Source: Deinococcaceae bacterium
GTDB lineage: Bacteria > Deinococcota > Deinococci > Deinococcales > Trueperaceae
DNA: 10,142 nt
Assembly: GCA_040256005.1 (NCBI GenBank)
Contig: JBDZWC010000044.1
Span: 10,521-20,662, forward strand
Reading direction: 5' to 3'
The notes beneath the pieces are model-generated. The model saw only the letters and a list, made by a program, of their open reading frames with translations, did not search any database and was not told the DNA's origin. Shown here in pieces: positions 8,024 through 10,142 of the stretch. A program made the position numbers and the translations under genes. Each line of letters opens with the position of its first letter. Position 1 is the first letter of the stretch.

Positions 8024-8028
8024 GGAGG
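8024..8028 (+). promoter_or_regulatory. Shine-Dalgarno GGAGG for the ORF starting at 8033
   Basis: GGAGG-acgg-ATG, followed immediately by a lipoprotein signal peptide. Confidence 0.65.
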
Positions 8029-8032
8029 ACGG

Positions 8033-10142
8033 ATGGGAAGAAACTGGTTCAGAGCCACTCTCCTGGCGGGCGTGATCGCCCTGATCGTGGTCGCTTGCGG
8101 CGGCCCACCACCCCCACCCCCGCCCTCCGGGCTGTTCGGCGATGACGAGCTCGCCGCGGCCACGGAGCTCTCCGTCACAGACCTCACGACGTTGCAATCG
8201 AACCGGTCGATCGACCTGCGGCCCGGCGCCCCAGCCAGCCGGCGGAGTGCCGTCAGCGGCGCCAGCGTGTTGCCCCAACAGCAAGGCGAGGACGCCCCAG
8301 CCAAGGTGGCGACCGTCGAGCAGTACGCAGACGGCGACGGCACCGAGTACAGGGTCGTGCTCTTCGAGGACGGCGAGCCCCCGGCTGACGGCGAAGTGGT
8401 CTTCCTCGGCACCACGCCGATCGAATCCGCCGCCACCGACACCGAGGGCGGCATCATGCTGGTCTCGGCGGGCTCGGACGCCGCTGGTTACGACGTGTAC
8501 GTCTTCGACATAGCGGGCGTGCTCGGCGACGCCGAGACCGTCTACCGCCTCCCGGACACCTCCGACGAGGAGACCGACGTCTCCATGTCGCTCGACGGCA
8601 CCGTGTGGGGACACCACAGCACCGACGACGAGGGCCTCGGGTCCGCCATCCTCTACTACGTCGACAGCGGTCAGGTGTTCAGGGACTTCTTCGAGATCGC
8701 TCTCAGTAACGTCCGCTACGACATGAAGGACCCGTCCGTCGCGGGCGACGGCGGGAGCCTCGTCTTCGTCTTCGACACGATCCCCCTCGACGGCTCCGAG
8801 CGCATCATCCAGTTCTTCACGGCTGACGGCGGCGCCGTCCTCTGGGCGGGCGACGCGCTGGCGACGAGCGCGCTGCGTGATCCGAGCCTCTCGATCGACG
8901 GCTCCATCCTCGTCTTCGAGGAGATCTACGAGGGCGACGAGTACGTCTCCTGGTACGACACGTTCAACGACGTGCTCGAGGACGTCGTCGTCAACGACGA
9001 CGCGGACCTGGTCGAACACCTCCACGTCTCGGGCGGGGCCGACGTCGTCGTCTACTCGCTCGAAGGCGTGCCGACCCGCGCGGCCCTCACGTTCACGGAA
9101 GAGGGCATCTCCGTAGACACGGTGGAGATCCCGACGAGCGCGGACGGCGCCCTAGTCAGCGCGCCCTACATCGCTCGCATGCCGCCGCCGCCACCACCGC
9201 CACCGCCAGGGACCGACGTCTACGAGGGCACGACCGTGGGCGGGCCGCTGTGGGATCGCCCCGACGAAGGCGAGACCACCGTAGGACCCATGCCGTACCA
9301 CGCCCACGAGTTCACCGCTGAGACCGCGGGCGTCTACGACATCCAGAGCGAGCAGGATTACGACGGCTTCCTGCTGCTGTACCAGGCACCGTTCGACCCC
9401 GAGGCACCCTTCGACAACCTCCTGGCGGCCAACGACGACGACCCGGGCACCGGGTTCTCGCGCATCAAGATGTTCCTCGAGGCGGGCGACTACGTCGTCG
9501 TCACGACGTCGTGTGGCGCCGAAGACAGCCCCGTCTGTGGCGACTTCGCCGGTAACTTCACGAACATGATCATCCCGCCCCAGGAGCTGCCCGAGGACGC
9601 TGCACCACGTATCGACATCTTCAGCGTCGACCTCAGCGTGGCCGAGACGGGCGAGGAGATCGAGGCGACCTGGTACGTCGCGAGCCCGCTCCCCATCACC
9701 TGCTCCATCGCTTGGGGCGACGGCGACGTGGAACCCGTGACGTGCGAGGGTGAGGTCATCGGTTCGGCGACCCACTCGTACGCGACCGAAGGGCCGATGG
9801 TCGTCGAGTTCACGGCGACCAACGACAACGGCAGCACCGTGGCCAAGGCGTTCCCGACGATCCACAACGACGACCCTGGCAGCTTCGACATCGTCGTGGT
9901 GTTCGCCAACGACCTGCTGACCGAGACGCAGATGGCCGCGTTCGAGAACGCGGCGGCGCGCTGGGCCGAGGTCATCACCGCCGACCTCCCGGCCGCCCAG
10001 CCGGGCGACGTGCCGGCCGACTTCTCGTGCTTCGGCGAGCCGCCCTTCAACGGGGCGATCGATGACCTGGTGATCAGCGCGGCCGGTCAGATCATCGACG
10101 GGCCCAGCGGCGTGCTCGCGAGAGCGGGCCCGTGCCTGTCCC
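8033..10142 (+). CDS. Large modular lipoprotein, 3'-partial (at least 703 aa): TolB-like beta-propeller, PPC-like, PKD-like and start of a leishmanolysin-like Zn-metallopeptidase domain
   Basis: Absent from the ORF track because it has no stop in the window. Hand translation is open from ATG 8033 to the end with strong G/C third-position bias. It begins MGRNWFRATLLAGVIALIVVA-C22 (lipobox). It contains DPSVAGDGGSLVF and DPSLSIDGSILVF (PD40-like), YDGFLLLY..PFDP..P..NLLAANDD...LEAGDYVVV (PPC-like), WGDG...THSYATEG...VEFTATNDNG (PKD-like) and FDIVVVF...AFENAAARWAEVITADLP...IDDLVI...IDGPSGVLARAGPC. Confidence 0.9.
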   Translation, partial: MGRNWFRATLLAGVIALIVVACGGPPPPPPPSGLFGDDELAAATELSVTDLTTLQSNRSIDLRPGAPASRRSAVSGASVLPQQQGEDAPAKVATVEQYADGDGTEYRVVLFEDGEPPADGEVVFLGTTPIESAATDTEGGIMLVSAGSDAAGYDVYVFDIAGVLGDAETVYRLPDTSDEETDVSMSLDGTVWGHHSTDDEGLGSAILYYVDSGQVFRDFFEIALSNVRYDMKDPSVAGDGGSLVFVFDTIPLDGSERIIQFFTADGGAVLWAGDALATSALRDPSLSIDGSILVFEEIYEGDEYVSWYDTFNDVLEDVVVNDDADLVEHLHVSGGADVVVYSLEGVPTRAALTFTEEGISVDTVEIPTSADGALVSAPYIARMPPPPPPPPPGTDVYEGTTVGGPLWDRPDEGETTVGPMPYHAHEFTAETAGVYDIQSEQDYDGFLLLYQAPFDPEAPFDNLLAANDDDPGTGFSRIKMFLEAGDYVVVTTSCGAEDSPVCGDFAGNFTNMIIPPQELPEDAAPRIDIFSVDLSVAETGEEIEATWYVASPLPITCSIAWGDGDVEPVTCEGEVIGSATHSYATEGPMVVEFTATNDNGSTVAKAFPTIHNDDPGSFDIVVVFANDLLTETQMAAFENAAARWAEVITADLPAAQPGDVPADFSCFGEPPFNGAIDDLVISAAGQIIDGPSGVLARAGPCLS
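8105..8125 (+). repeat. Poly-proline (Pro7) CCN tract just after the lipidated Cys
   Basis: cca cca ccc cca ccc ccg ccc in frame after Cys-Gly-Gly. Confidence 0.9.
9182..9208 (+). repeat. Poly-proline (Pro9) CCR tract, interdomain linker
   Basis: ccg ccg ccg cca cca ccg cca ccg cca in frame between the propeller-like and PPC-like regions. Confidence 0.9.

Noticed and set aside
7905..8025. Cobalamin riboswitch, suggested by ACGGTCCC and GAGCC...AGACCTG
   Set aside because: No AGGGAA, GCCACUG or GGGAAG elements in the required order. Only a fragmentary resemblance.
7775..10050. Minus-strand track ORFs 7775..9025 (416 aa), 7891..8457, 9152..9865 and 9490..10050
   Set aside because: Antisense shadows of the + strand lipoprotein gene, which has the Shine-Dalgarno, lipobox and domain motifs. 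They contain no recognisable motifs themselves.
3356..10142. lnt and the large lipoprotein as a dedicated modification system
   Set aside because: Lnt is a general housekeeping enzyme. The two genes are separated by trkAH and a probable separate promoter, and nothing in the sequence indicates a dedicated link.
1..10142. CRISPR arrays, IS/transposase/integrase, prophage or defence genes, tRNA/rRNA
   Set aside because: No regularly spaced DNA repeats, terminal inverted repeats, relevant protein motifs or RNA-gene signatures were seen.

Overview
GC-rich bacterial chromosomal window with every supportable gene on the + strand. In order: the probable 3' end of an upstream CDS; a multi-pass membrane diguanylate cyclase (GGEEF, intact RxxD I-site); a 112-aa helical/TPR-like hypothetical; an M20 metallopeptidase; apolipoprotein N-acyltransferase (lnt); the trkA-trkH K+ uptake pair; a 187-bp intergenic region with strong pairing potential; and a large ORF (8033 to past the window end) that the supplied ORF track misses. 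By hand translation that ORF is a very acidic modular lipoprotein: lipobox, Pro7, TolB/PD40-like beta-propeller, Pro9, PPC-like domain, PKD-like domain, then the start of a leishmanolysin-like Zn-metallopeptidase domain. Three genes have a GCGYTANCAT -10-like box 6-9 nt before the ATG and no Shine-Dalgarno, which points to leaderless mRNAs. That pattern is typical of Deinococcota (a Truepera-like origin is my inference) but also occurs in Actinobacteria. I saw no mobile elements, CRISPR arrays, tRNA or rRNA. The region is mostly housekeeping and I cannot demonstrate a new multi-gene system. The best novelty candidates are the modular lipoprotein and its structured leader.
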